A stretch of DNA of 64,000 nt. It comes from Calditrichia bacterium (lineage in GTDB: Bacteria; Calditrichota; Calditrichia; JAJRVZ01). The stretch covers positions 960,001 to 1,024,000 of the forward strand of contig CAWCNS010000004.1 of the NCBI GenBank assembly GCA_963796965.1. Direction: 5' to 3'. This document shows, piece by piece, positions 20,024 to 30,574 of this stretch (the first letter of the stretch is position 1; the number at the start of each line of letters is the position of its first letter). The position numbers and the translations under genes are program-made. The notes below the pieces were generated by a model that saw only the letters and a program-made list of their open reading frames with translations, had not been told where the DNA came from and ran no database searches.

Positions 20024-21214
20024 ATGAAAAAAATGTTAATTGTAATTATTCTCTCTTTAACTTCATTTCTCTGGGCGCAAAATAATACGCAAATATCTTC
20101 AGATTCAAAGGAAGTTGTTGCGAAAGGGTTAGGAGCAATCCTCGCTGGAGACGAAGTGAAGGCACGGGAAGATGCGATCAACGCAGCTTTACGTAATGCT
20201 GTTGAGCAGGTAGTGGGTACAATGATTGAGTCAGAGGTTCTCGTGGAGAATTATCAAACCGTTGAAGATCAGATATATACCCGTACCCAGGGCTATGTTC
20301 AAAAGTATGATATCATCTCTACCAGCAAACAAATGGATAATGCTATAGAAATAACCATTAAGGCAGTCGTCAAGATGTCAGATCTTAAATCAGATCTGGA
20401 AGCAATAGGCGTATTGTTGAGTAGGAAGGGTCGACCAAGAACCATGGTTATGATTGATGAAAAAAACATTGGTGAACATTATTATCAGTTTGGGATGGAT
20501 ATGAACACCACGGAAATAGCGCTAATGAATGAATTGATGAATTTTGGATTTCCGTTTGTGGATCCTGCTCAATCAAAAATAAACATAGCAAATGATGTGG
20601 TTACCTCGGCTTTAAAGGGTGATGCCGGCGCCGCTGCAAATATAGCTTCCCGATTGGGTGCTGAGATTATAATTACAGGAACTGCGGTTGCAAAAGTTGC
20701 TTCCGGTGGATCTGAAGTTGTACGAAATGCTGGTTTTAAATCATGTCAGGCTAATTTAAATTTGCGTGTAATTCGTGCTGATGATGCGAATATTGTAGCT
20801 GTCGCGTCAGCTTATGATCGTGCAGCGCATATTGATGAAATCACCGGCGGAACTCAGGCTCTGCAAAAAGCTGCTAAAAAGGCTGCCATTGAATTAAAAG
20901 ATAAAATTGTAGCAGCCTGGCAAAAAGATGTATATTCTAATGCCCAGGTACAATTGCATGTAACAAATATTGCCAGTTTTAGTCAACTTAATACTTTTAA
21001 AAACAGTCTTAAATATTATATACGAGGTATTCAAGCTGTTCATCAACGCAGTTTTGCCGGTGGCTCTGCTATTTTTGATATCGATATAAAAGGAACTGCT
21101 GAGCAAATGGCCTCTGAGTTGGATGCAAAAGAAATTGAAGGGTTGAGTTTACAGGTTACCGGTCTTACCCAAAATAAAGTATCTGTAAAAATCGTTCAAC
21201 CGGGGGAGAAATAA
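20024..21214 (+). CDS. Secreted protein with FlgT N-terminal-like domain and CsgG/TolB-N-like middle domain
   Basis: Signal peptide; AREDAINAALRNAVEQVVG..IESEVLVENY..IYTRTQGYV; RLGAEIIITGTA. Confidence 0.7.
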   Translation: MKKMLIVIILSLTSFLWAQNNTQISSDSKEVVAKGLGAILAGDEVKAREDAINAALRNAVEQVVGTMIESEVLVENYQTVEDQIYTRTQGYVQKYDIISTSKQMDNAIEITIKAVVKMSDLKSDLEAIGVLLSRKGRPRTMVMIDEKNIGEHYYQFGMDMNTTEIALMNELMNFGFPFVDPAQSKINIANDVVTSALKGDAGAAANIASRLGAEIIITGTAVAKVASGGSEVVRNAGFKSCQANLNLRVIRADDANIVAVASAYDRAAHIDEITGGTQALQKAAKKAAIELKDKIVAAWQKDVYSNAQVQLHVTNIASFSQLNTFKNSLKYYIRGIQAVHQRSFAGGSAIFDIDIKGTAEQMASELDAKEIEGLSLQVTGLTQNKVSVKIVQPGEK

Positions 21215-21414
21215 TTCTTTAACCTAATTTCTCTGGTCACAGAAATCACAGAGTAAAAGCAATTAATATTTAAAAATTATGGATTAAGAGGTAATTTATC
21301 GAGATAACAGATTTAGATATTATTTATTTTTAATTCAAACCTCTTAAATCTTAATTGTTTGTCATCTCTGTCTAATCTGTGCTTTTGGAAATTTGATCAT
21401 TCAGGAGGTGTATT

Positions 21415-22314
21415 ATGAAGAGAAATCTCTTTTTTCCAATTTTAATTTTATTGATTTCTTTTAGTCTACAAGTTGGGGCGCAAGATTTAACCAGCCTAAA
21501 AAAAAGAATTGCTGTTATCAATTTTGAAGATAAGGCTGGATATGGCCACAACGTAGGACGGGGCGTATCAGATATGCTTGTTACAAGCCTGGTTGAGAGT
21601 GAAAAGTTTGTGGTCATTGAAAGGGAAGAACTTGACGAGATATTAAAAGAGCAGGGATTAGGACAAAGTGGTCTGGTGACCCCCCAGTCAGCAGCGAAAG
21701 TTGGTCAACTCCTCGGAATCCAACGAATAATCACCGGCAGTGTGACCGAATTCGGAACTAAACAAAATAAGGTAGGTGGCGGGATAGGCGGTTTTAATCT
21801 TGGTGTTTCTACAAGCACAGCCAGGGTAGCCGTCGATATGCGGATTATAAATGTCAATACGGGTGAAATAACGATGGCGAAGAGTGCTGAGGGCGAGGAT
21901 AGTTCCACCGGTTTGGATAATGTTGGAGTAGATGATATTGATTTCCATAATTCTACCACGTGGGATAATACCCAATTGGGCATCGCATCACGCGAAGCAA
22001 TAAATGAGTGTGTGGAATATATTGTTGAAGATATGCAAGGCTTGCCCTGGGAAGGGAAAATAATCAAAGCGAGTGGTACAACCATCTATATGAAGCCAGG
22101 ATCGAAGGGTGGGGTACAACCGGGTATGGAATTTGCCGTTTATCGACCAGGCGAAGAATTGATAGATCCGGATACGGGTATCTCTTTAGGATCTGAAGAG
22201 TCTAAAATTGGCACTATCCAATATACCGCTGATATTGGTGAAGGAAAAGCAGGTAAAGCATTAGTGAAATCGGGTACGGGCTTTCAGGCTGGTGATCTGG
22301 TACGAATAAAATAG
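21415..22314 (+). CDS. CsgG/HfaB-family protein with FlgT C-terminal-like domain
   Basis: KKRIAVINF..SDMLVTSLV..FVVIERE.L..ILKEQ..AAKVGQLLG..IITGSVTEF; tail WEGKII..IYM..G..GV..G..F.VYR.GEELIDPDTG.SLG. Confidence 0.85.
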   Translation: MKRNLFFPILILLISFSLQVGAQDLTSLKKRIAVINFEDKAGYGHNVGRGVSDMLVTSLVESEKFVVIEREELDEILKEQGLGQSGLVTPQSAAKVGQLLGIQRIITGSVTEFGTKQNKVGGGIGGFNLGVSTSTARVAVDMRIINVNTGEITMAKSAEGEDSSTGLDNVGVDDIDFHNSTTWDNTQLGIASREAINECVEYIVEDMQGLPWEGKIIKASGTTIYMKPGSKGGVQPGMEFAVYRPGEELIDPDTGISLGSEESKIGTIQYTADIGEGKAGKALVKSGTGFQAGDLVRIK

Positions 22315-22322
22315 GATATATC

Positions 22323-23066
22323 ATGAGAACTACAATATCAAATTATATTGTTTTGCTTGTAATGGCAGTTTTGGTTTTCTCTTTTACCCCGGAACCGGCT
22401 TCTGTTGGTAAGGTCAGTTTCCCATTAGGAAATGTCCATGTACTCAGTAAGGGTGAAACAAGGTTTAGAAAAGTAACCTTTAATATGCCGGTAAAAACGG
22501 GCGACAAGATTGAGACAAAAAAACAATCTCGCTGTGAATTGACATATAATGATGGCAGTATTGTTCGGATTGATGAGCAATCGATTTATACAGTTGAAAA
22601 TGCTACTATCTCAGATGATAAAAAGGAAGTTGAATCCAAACTCTCTATTGGAAAGTTATGGGCGAATCTGAAAAAGTTGATCCGTGGTAAAGATTCATGG
22701 CGACTCAAATCTCCTGCCGCTGTTGTGGCTGTTAGGGGAACTGTCTACCGTATGAATGCTGGCGCTGATTCTTCGACCCAAGTGCTTGTGTATGAAGGCC
22801 AGGTCGATGTAAGGCCTGCATCAGCCGGCGGTGTCCAGCAAGGTATGGGTATGGCACCGGGTGCACCACGTCAGGTTCAGGCCCCGACACAAATAGCCGG
22901 CCCGACACAGGTAAGTATGAAAGAGTGGTTTGAGATTATCAAAGCACAACAACAAATTGTAGTCCGCCCCGATGGCTCTTATGCTAAGTCAGATTTTAGC
23001 TTTGAAGAAGATTCAAAACTTGACTGGGTCCGTTGGAATAAAGAGAGGGATGCACTGATAAAGTAG
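22323..23066 (+). CDS. FecR-domain secreted protein
   Basis: GDKIET..SRCEL...DGSIVRIDEQS; AVVAVRGTVY; VYEGQVDV. Confidence 0.85.
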   Translation: MRTTISNYIVLLVMAVLVFSFTPEPASVGKVSFPLGNVHVLSKGETRFRKVTFNMPVKTGDKIETKKQSRCELTYNDGSIVRIDEQSIYTVENATISDDKKEVESKLSIGKLWANLKKLIRGKDSWRLKSPAAVVAVRGTVYRMNAGADSSTQVLVYEGQVDVRPASAGGVQQGMGMAPGAPRQVQAPTQIAGPTQVSMKEWFEIIKAQQQIVVRPDGSYAKSDFSFEEDSKLDWVRWNKERDALIK

Positions 23067-23102
23067 AGAGATCTGAATTTTTTACAACCTGAATATTGGG
23101 TA

Positions 23103-23167
23103 TAAAGCATGGCGCATAGAGCCTGGCGGAAGACGGTCTAAAAAACGCTAAGCCCTATGCGCTTTGT
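23103..23167. repeat. Heptamer-type inverted repeat (possible terminator-like hairpin)
   Basis: AAAGCATGGCGCATAGAGC...GCCCTATGCGCTTTG; a related copy occurs at about 63860-63925. Confidence 0.55.
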
Positions 23168-23231
23168 ATTTTCATATATTAATATATGATGATTTTTAAA
23201 TCTGCTGCTGGATTTATTACCTACGGATTAA

Positions 23232-23280
23232 ACCACCACCCCCAACCCCCTCCTTAGTAAGGAGGGGGCGAGGGGGAGGT
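23232..23280. repeat. CCCCTCCTT-NNN-AAGGAGGGG REP-like hairpin
   Basis: Perfect stem at 23247-23267. Related copies at 63801-63852, degenerate ones at about 30146-30175 and 40656-40695. Confidence 0.7.
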
Positions 23281-23484
23281 AATTCTATGCACTCTCCAGT
23301 AAGATTCACTTATTACAATTAACCAAATCAGTACCCTTCCTTGTATATATATCCCTAAAGCATTAAATTTCAACCAGTTATATTAATTTATCCTGAAAAT
23401 TTATAATTAATCTGATGAAACCAGAATAATATCAGTGAGTAAAAGGTTTTGTGGAGTTGTAGATATAATTAATTTTGTTTGTCT

Positions 23485-23513
23485 GTAGAGACGTCCCGGC
23501 GGGACGTCTCTAC
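23485..23513. repeat. GTAG-type REP palindrome
   Basis: GTAGAGACGTCCCG-G-CGGGACGTCTCTAC, perfect 14-bp arms. Confidence 0.8.
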
Positions 23514-23665
23514 TCGTTAATGTTAAAATTTTGTTTGCTTTGTAAATAGAAACATTGAATCTGTCTATAATTTTAATTACCATGCCAACTGGCCCAGCCT
23601 TGTTGGAACCTAATATGGTCGAAACTGTAAATACACATACTAAATACATGTCAAAAAATTAACTT

Positions 23666-24968
23666 ATGCTGAATATAATTAATGTCATACCAGGTAGTAT
23701 TGCTGATGAAATTGGCATCCGGCCTGAAGATAAGCTTATAAAAGTTAATGGTCGATCTGTCGGTGATCAGATCGATTTTAGATTTTTTTGTGCTGAAGAA
23801 AATGTTGACCTCCTGATTCAACGGGGGACTGAACAATACCATTATGAAATTGAAAAAGAGTATCACGAAGATATTGGTATTGATCTGGATGCAATGAAAA
23901 TGAAAGCCTGCGGCAATAATTGTGTTTTCTGTTTTGTCTATCAGAACCCAAGAGGTATGCGCAGAGCCCTCTATTTTAAGGATGAGGATTATCGCTTCTC
24001 ATTCCTTTACGGACATTATGTTACCCTTACCACCCTGAAAAAAGAGGAATTGGAGCGAATAGTTGAACAAAAACTATCCCCCCTCTTCATATCCGTACAC
24101 GCTACAGAAGAAAAAACTAGAAAACTCTTATTGGGAATAAAACGCGAAGATCACCTCCTGGAAAAGATTGACTTTTTAGTCGCGGGTGGAATTGAATTAC
24201 ACGCTCAAATTGTATTATGTCCGGGGATCAATGATGGTAAAATATTCGATCAAACCGTTAATGATCTTAAAAAGTTTTACCCTGGGGTAAAATCGATTGC
24301 GATTGTTCCTGTGGGTTTGACCCGACATCGTGATAATCTGTTTTCTTTGCGTTTGCATAGTAAATTTGAATTGAGAGAGATGATTATCTACACGAATAAG
24401 TTTCGGAATAAATTGAAAAAAGAACTTGGTAATTCCTATATATATTTATCTGATGAATTCTATATAAAAGCAGAAGAGAATATACCAGATGCGGATTATT
24501 ATGATGATTTTTATCAGATAGAAAATGGTGTAGGCGAATTCCGGCACATGATCGATGAATTTAATGCTGAATCAAAATCTTTACCGGAAAAAATAGATCA
24601 TCACTATAAAATTACCTGGGTAACTGGGACTCTTAGCAGCGGAGATGCTTGATAAATATATCCTAACAAAATTGCGATCGATCGAAAACCTTGAAATAAA
24701 TATGGTCCCGGTTAAAAATGACTTCTACGGACATGATATTCGGGTTTCCGGTCTCCTGGTTGGTGAGGATATTTATAATCAATTAAAAAACAGGGATTTA
24801 GGGGATTGCGTCTTTTTACCACCAAGAGTTCTTAATCATGACAACCTGTTATTAGATGATTGGTCGGTTGATCGGTTGCAGGAGGCTCTTGGTGCTCCGG
24901 TTTATGTCTATAAGGAAACTCCGGCAGAATTAGGCGATGTGATTGAAAAACTAAGGAAATCGATATGA
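23666..24968 (+). CDS. PDZ + radical-SAM-like Fe-S protein, DUF512 family; single +1 frameshift near 24635
   Basis: CGNNCVFCF, KDEDYRFSFLYG.YVTLT, ISVH, QIVLCPGINDG, Q.ENGVG. The C-terminal V.N.FYG..I.VSGLL.G.D part is in ORF 24645-24968. Confidence 0.88.
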
Positions 24969-26275
24969 GTATACCGGTGGTGACAATCGTCGGAAGACCC
25001 AATGTGGGTAAATCTACATTGTTTAATCGCCTCGTCGGACGTCGGCAGGCAATTGTTGATGACATTCCGGGTGTAACACGTGATCGTAATTTTGGTGAAG
25101 CGGAATGGTGTGGTCAGGCTTTTCTTCTGGTCGATACGGGTGGATATTTACCCAAATCTGAAGATGTTATCGATAAAGCAGTGCGTGAGCAAGTTGAAAT
25201 TGCTATCGATGAGTCGGATGTCATTGTCTTTTTGGTTGATGCAAAAACGGGAATTACGACAACTGATTCTGATCTTGCCAAAATCTTGCAAACCTCTGAT
25301 CGCGATGTCATTTGTGCTGTGAACAAAGTTGATGACGTGAAAGATGAATTAGAAGTAGGGCAGTTTTACAAGCTGGGATTAGGAGAACCGGTTCCTCTAT
25401 CGGCAATGATTGGTAGGCAAACGGGTGATTTTCTTGATATTGTTATAGCAAAATTAGCCAATAGTCCGGTTGTCGAAAATGAAGACAATGCCATCAAATT
25501 AGCGATAATTGGTAAGGAAAATGTTGGTAAGTCATCGCTTGTAAATACAATCTTAAATCAGGAACGACAAATCGTAACAGCAGTACCGGGCACCACCCGG
25601 GATTCAATAGATGCTCCTTTCCGCTATCAAAAGAGAGATTATTTGATTATCGATACAGCTGGTCTCAAAAGAAAGAGCAAAATTAAAGAGAATATTTTAT
25701 TTTACAGTAATTTAAGAACTTACAGAAGCATAAAACGATGTGATATTGTAATGTACATGATCGATGCCGAAAAAGGGGTTACCAAACAAGATGTTCAGGT
25801 ACTAGTGGATGCAGCAAAGGAACGAAAGGGGATTGTCTGTGTAATTAATAAATGGGATCTCGTAGAAAAAGATCATCGGACGATGAAAAATATTGAAAAA
25901 GATATCCTCGAAAAATTTGGTGATTTACGTTATATCCCTCTGATATTCACTTCTGTGATGGAAAAACAACGATTGTTTAAGGCTCTGGATTTAGCAACAA
26001 AAGTGTACGAACAAAAAATGAAACGTATTTCTACCTCAGATTTGAACAATTTCTTTGAGCCGATCCTCGCCAAAACAACACCACCGGCTACCAAAGGTAA
26101 AGAGATCAAGATAAAATATATTACTCAGGTAAAATCAAATCCCCCTGTAATTGTCTTCTATTGCAATCATCCTGATCTGATTGTGGCCCACTATAAACGA
26201 TTTTTGGAAAATCGTTTGCGTGAAAATTTTGGATTTATGGGTGTACCTTTAACACTATCTTTTAGGGATAAATAA
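24965..26275 (+). CDS. der: Ribosome biogenesis GTPase Der (EngA)
   Basis: Two G domains (GRPNVGKS, DTGG, NKVD; GKENVGKS, DTAG, NKWD) plus a KH-like tail. Confidence 0.97.
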   Translation: MSIPVVTIVGRPNVGKSTLFNRLVGRRQAIVDDIPGVTRDRNFGEAEWCGQAFLLVDTGGYLPKSEDVIDKAVREQVEIAIDESDVIVFLVDAKTGITTTDSDLAKILQTSDRDVICAVNKVDDVKDELEVGQFYKLGLGEPVPLSAMIGRQTGDFLDIVIAKLANSPVVENEDNAIKLAIIGKENVGKSSLVNTILNQERQIVTAVPGTTRDSIDAPFRYQKRDYLIIDTAGLKRKSKIKENILFYSNLRTYRSIKRCDIVMYMIDAEKGVTKQDVQVLVDAAKERKGIVCVINKWDLVEKDHRTMKNIEKDILEKFGDLRYIPLIFTSVMEKQRLFKALDLATKVYEQKMKRISTSDLNNFFEPILAKTTPPATKGKEIKIKYITQVKSNPPVIVFYCNHPDLIVAHYKRFLENRLRENFGFMGVPLTLSFRDK

Positions 26276-27888
26276 TGAAGCCATACTTATTTATATTGCT
26301 CCTCACCATGGTGGTATTTGGTCAACAATCCCAGGATGAAAATGTGTTGGAAAATTTTATCAGATCTGAAATCGGTTATTCACAAGATTCTATTGGGTAT
26401 AAATGTGGTACTTCCCTTGATATAATGATCCATGCCCCCCATAGTAATGTGAATCCTGGCTTAAAGCAAAATTATTTACTAAAGGTGATGAAAGAACCGC
26501 TAAGAAATAAATCAATACTCTCTCCCTCAGGAAATTTTAATCTGCACTGGGATGAATCAGGGAGCAATGCGGTTCCACTTGAGGATCTAAGTGGGAACGG
26601 AATACCAGATTATATTGATTCTGCCGCAGTAATATTTGATAAAGTTCGTCATATTGCAGTCAATCAAATGGGTTATCAGCCTCCTCCTGCATCCGATGGT
26701 ACGCCGGCAATACCCTATCATATTTACTTTACGCAACTGGCCTATTACGGTATAACCAGGCCCAATTATAGTGATATTGAATCCCTGCCAGGGGAAAACT
26801 ATACAAGCTATATCGAAGTCGAGAATGATTATTTAGGATTTCCCACGGATGGCTTAGATGGTTTGCGGGTTACGGCTGCTCATGAATTTCATCATGCCAT
26901 TCAATTGGGCTATAATGTAAGATGGGATGATTCTTATTTTTATGAAATGACCTCTACCTGGATGGAAGAAGTCATTTATCCTGATATCAATGACTACCTA
27001 AATTATTTGGATGATTTTTTTAATAGTGTATCAAACACGTCCTTCGATCAATATAGTGGTTTTTATCCCTATGCAAACAGCCTTTATTTACAAATGCTTC
27101 AATCAAACTATGATATTGAAATCGTAAGATTGATTTGGGATAATATTAAATCGGAGATGCCCTTAACAGCGATAGCTAATGCTTTAGAAACCTATGATAG
27201 TTCTTGGCCCTCTTCCCTTGGGGAATATGGTCTTTGGTTATATTATACCGGGGATAGGGCGATTCCCGATCAATTTTATCATGATGCCTCATTTTTTCCC
27301 CAGGTGAGGATAAAAGCAGTGGATAGATATACATTTGATGATCAATTTAGCGAGATAATTGTTACTGCTCTAACCGCAAATCGGTTTTTAATGTTTTCAG
27401 ATCTGAATTATTATAATTTCAACTTTAGAGTAGAAACAACTTCTGCCGCAAAAGGCGGATTTCGTCATCTTACATCTACTGCCTATTCCCCTTGGTATCC
27501 CCTCAATACTCTGATTACAAATCAGCAGATTGATGCTGATAATATGCTTGTGATTCTCACAAATGCAGGCATTGAGAATTTGAATACTTCCTTAAAAATT
27601 ACAATTGGGGATGATCAAGATCTTTCTGCCATCTATTCTTATCCTAATCCCGTGAATTTAAAACAGTCTGGTATCGTAAAATTCCAAAATATCCCCCCTG
27701 AGGCTGATTTGATTATTTTTAATACACTCGGGGAGCGTGTTGCTGTTGTTGAAAGTACAAACAGCTCTACACTTCGATCCTGGCCATTAGCCAATTTTAA
27801 TGGAGAAAAAGTAGTCTCCGGTGTTTATATGTATATCGTGAAGGGGGATGGTATTACAAAAACAGGAAAATTTTCGGTAGTACGATGA
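26275..27888 (+). CDS. Secreted putative zinc metalloprotease (MXAN_6640-like) with T9SS-like C-terminal domain
   Basis: Signal peptide; NGIPDYID; VTAAHEFHHAIQ.GY (HExxH); E.TSTWMEE; CTD YPNP...VVSGVYMY..KTGKFSVVR. Confidence 0.8.
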   Translation: MKPYLFILLLTMVVFGQQSQDENVLENFIRSEIGYSQDSIGYKCGTSLDIMIHAPHSNVNPGLKQNYLLKVMKEPLRNKSILSPSGNFNLHWDESGSNAVPLEDLSGNGIPDYIDSAAVIFDKVRHIAVNQMGYQPPPASDGTPAIPYHIYFTQLAYYGITRPNYSDIESLPGENYTSYIEVENDYLGFPTDGLDGLRVTAAHEFHHAIQLGYNVRWDDSYFYEMTSTWMEEVIYPDINDYLNYLDDFFNSVSNTSFDQYSGFYPYANSLYLQMLQSNYDIEIVRLIWDNIKSEMPLTAIANALETYDSSWPSSLGEYGLWLYYTGDRAIPDQFYHDASFFPQVRIKAVDRYTFDDQFSEIIVTALTANRFLMFSDLNYYNFNFRVETTSAAKGGFRHLTSTAYSPWYPLNTLITNQQIDADNMLVILTNAGIENLNTSLKITIGDDQDLSAIYSYPNPVNLKQSGIVKFQNIPPEADLIIFNTLGERVAVVESTNSSTLRSWPLANFNGEKVVSGVYMYIVKGDGITKTGKFSVVR

Positions 27889-27993
27889 ACGGGGATTATC
27901 TTTTATTAAACCGAATGTTCAGGCTCTGGACTTTATGGCCGATAATAGAAGCACAAAATTTTATAATTTCATAACCAAGAATTCATTTTATCT

Positions 27994-30144
27994 ATGATTA
28001 GCAGATCTAAAAATACATACTTATTGATTTTTGTGCTTGCAGGCAGTTTTTTTAAAATTGCCCAGGGAAATAACTTGCTTCACCAGGCGGACAGTTTATA
28101 CATCCAGCAAAATTATCATGAAGCCCTGGATCGTTACCAACAAGTCTTGAGTAAGGATCAATTTCTTAATCAGGATTTTACGATCAATTTTAAAATGGGT
28201 ATATGCTATTTAAGAAACAAATCATACGCACGAGCAAAGACTGTCTTCTCACGTTTAAAACAGTATACCCACACTATCCCCGAGTATATTGATTTCTACT
28301 TATTCCTTTCCAGTCTGGATAGCGAAAAACCGGGTGAAGTAATTGAAAAAGGGCGTCAATATATCAAGACCTATCCCAAACATTTTTTCGCTGATTCGGT
28401 TTTATTAAGAGTAGCAGATTTTGAATTTGAGCAGGAACGATACGATAAGGCATATCGGGATTATGCACGTCTGGCTGGTAAAAAGAAGATGAAAAGGATA
28501 AAACCTTATTTGCTCGGACAAATGGCATTTTGTAGTGATAGCATGAATCAGGAAACAAAAGCATTAGAAGCGATGTACCAGGTGATGAAAAAATATCCCT
28601 CGGATCCAATGGCCTTAAAAATTGCTGATATGTTTTTAACGATTCCCTTACCATCGGTCAAGTATGAGTTTGCTATAGGGGATGTATATCTGAGCCATAA
28701 TCAATATAAAAAACTCACAGAAAGATTGGAATCATTTATAAAAAAAAGCAGTGATCCGATAGAGAAAGAAAAAGCCAGATATTATTTAATCAGGATCTAT
28801 TATAATAAGGGTCAATACAAGACCGCGTTGTATGGCTTTAAGAATCTTTTACCTGGTTTGAGGGATAAGTCACTAGAATCGCGTATTCGTCTGTCCATTG
28901 CACGCAGTTATCTTCGTCTTGATCAAAAAGAGGAATCTGTAGAAGCCTATATGGATTATGCCAAACGATATCCGCGAAGACGAATGGCAGTAGAATGTGT
29001 CTGGAAAGCAAACTGGATTCATGAAGAACTCGGTGACATTTCTGCAGCAATAGAAGCAAACGAATATTTGCTTAAACATTGGCCACGCAGTGCCTATCGC
29101 AAAGAAGCAAAATTCCGTGTTGGTTTGTTAAATCTACGTCTTCATAAGTATACGAAGGCGGAAAATGTATTTCGCTCCGTACGCAATATTAGTAAGAAAT
29201 CGGACTTTCACCATATCAGAAGCACCTATTGGTTGGCAAAAACCTATGAAATGAGCGGTAGGGAAGATGTAGCCCGTGAGTTATTTATTGATTTGGGTAC
29301 AGAGTTATTCGAGAGCTATTATACAATGAAAAGTTATATGAGATTTAAGACGACCATCGATACTATGTTACAAATTGAGAATCGGTTGCGTGTTCAATAT
29401 AATCCACTGCGATTTCATACGAATCTAATGGCAACTTTGATGGAAAGATTTGAAGAATTATTTCTCATTAAGGATCTTCTCGGTGATGATTTTGCCATGT
29501 TGGAGTTAGCCCAAAATAAGTATTATCCAAAGACTTTAAAGGGATGGATTTCGGTAGCAGAAGTCTATAAAAGGTTGGGTGCATATAATGAAGCTTTCAG
29601 GATATATGATTATATCGATAAAAAATATTATACTGATCTTACTAATCTTGAAAAACCATTTCTTCTTAAAGAGTCTTACCCACTTTATTACAATTCAATT
29701 GTAGGTGAATATGGTAGGCGACGCGATATTGACAAGAATCTTGTTTTAGCCCTGATCCGGGCTGAGAGCAGTTTTAATCGCCGTGCACATTCCTGGGCTG
29801 ATGCATATGGATTGATGCAAATCATTCCCCGCACAGCAAAATCACTTGCAGCAAAATTGGATATGACCTATAGTGAACCAGAGGAGTTGTTTGATCCAAG
29901 ACTAAATATCCGATTAGGAACCCTATATCTTCGCGATCTACTTAAACAATTCGATGGCACTTTTGAAAACGCAGTAGCCGCTTATAATGCCGGCCCCCAT
30001 CGGGTGAGTCGTTGGAAAAAATTTAAAGATTCTTCGGATATTGATTTTTTTGTTGAGAATATTGAATATACCCAAACACGAAATTACACCCGACGTGTCA
30101 TGAAAAATTACTGGATTTACAATATGCTTGATGGTGTAAACTAA
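27994..30144 (+). CDS. Soluble lytic murein transglycosylase (Slt-like) with TPR region
   Basis: IRAESSF, AYGLMQI and AAYNAG SLT motifs; ETxxY-like QTRNY. Confidence 0.92.
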   Translation: MISRSKNTYLLIFVLAGSFFKIAQGNNLLHQADSLYIQQNYHEALDRYQQVLSKDQFLNQDFTINFKMGICYLRNKSYARAKTVFSRLKQYTHTIPEYIDFYLFLSSLDSEKPGEVIEKGRQYIKTYPKHFFADSVLLRVADFEFEQERYDKAYRDYARLAGKKKMKRIKPYLLGQMAFCSDSMNQETKALEAMYQVMKKYPSDPMALKIADMFLTIPLPSVKYEFAIGDVYLSHNQYKKLTERLESFIKKSSDPIEKEKARYYLIRIYYNKGQYKTALYGFKNLLPGLRDKSLESRIRLSIARSYLRLDQKEESVEAYMDYAKRYPRRRMAVECVWKANWIHEELGDISAAIEANEYLLKHWPRSAYRKEAKFRVGLLNLRLHKYTKAENVFRSVRNISKKSDFHHIRSTYWLAKTYEMSGREDVARELFIDLGTELFESYYTMKSYMRFKTTIDTMLQIENRLRVQYNPLRFHTNLMATLMERFEELFLIKDLLGDDFAMLELAQNKYYPKTLKGWISVAEVYKRLGAYNEAFRIYDYIDKKYYTDLTNLEKPFLLKESYPLYYNSIVGEYGRRRDIDKNLVLALIRAESSFNRRAHSWADAYGLMQIIPRTAKSLAAKLDMTYSEPEELFDPRLNIRLGTLYLRDLLKQFDGTFENAVAAYNAGPHRVSRWKKFKDSSDIDFFVENIEYTQTRNYTRRVMKNYWIYNMLDGVN

Positions 30145-30490
30145 ACCTGCTCCTTTAAGAGTAGGGGGCTGGGATGTTTTTTTATACTGTTAATCAACTT
30201 AATTTTACCGGATGATAAATAGTAACAATATTTAACGATCAGATACAAAATCCAAGCATTAAAAATATTATATTTATTGGCTTTTGCTTAAATTTGCGTA
30301 TGTCTTCTGTTTTTTAAATGTAAGTTCTTGTAAGTGGAATAATTACAACATCTTAGTGTGCTTAATTGGAACTTCTGTCAAGAATTTTGATAATTAATTA
30401 TAAATTCAAGTTGAAAATTATTGCATATTTCGGAATGTTTGGTGAAAATAAAGCTTTTAATAAAAGTATTAAATAATTACTTTTATTTTA

Positions 30491-30520
30491 TTGACATGAG
30501 TTTTATTTTTTTCCTATCTT
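30491..30520 (+). promoter_or_regulatory. Candidate sigma70 promoter
   Basis: TTGACA-18 nt-TATCTT upstream of the STAS gene. Confidence 0.45.
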
Positions 30521-30574
30521 AGAAGTCAAATATTGGCAGAAAGTAAGAAAACATAAAAATCTATGGAGGAATAA

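Noticed and set aside
21415..22314. Curli biogenesis operon
   Set aside because: Only a CsgG-like domain is present; there are no csgA/B/E/F-like genes.
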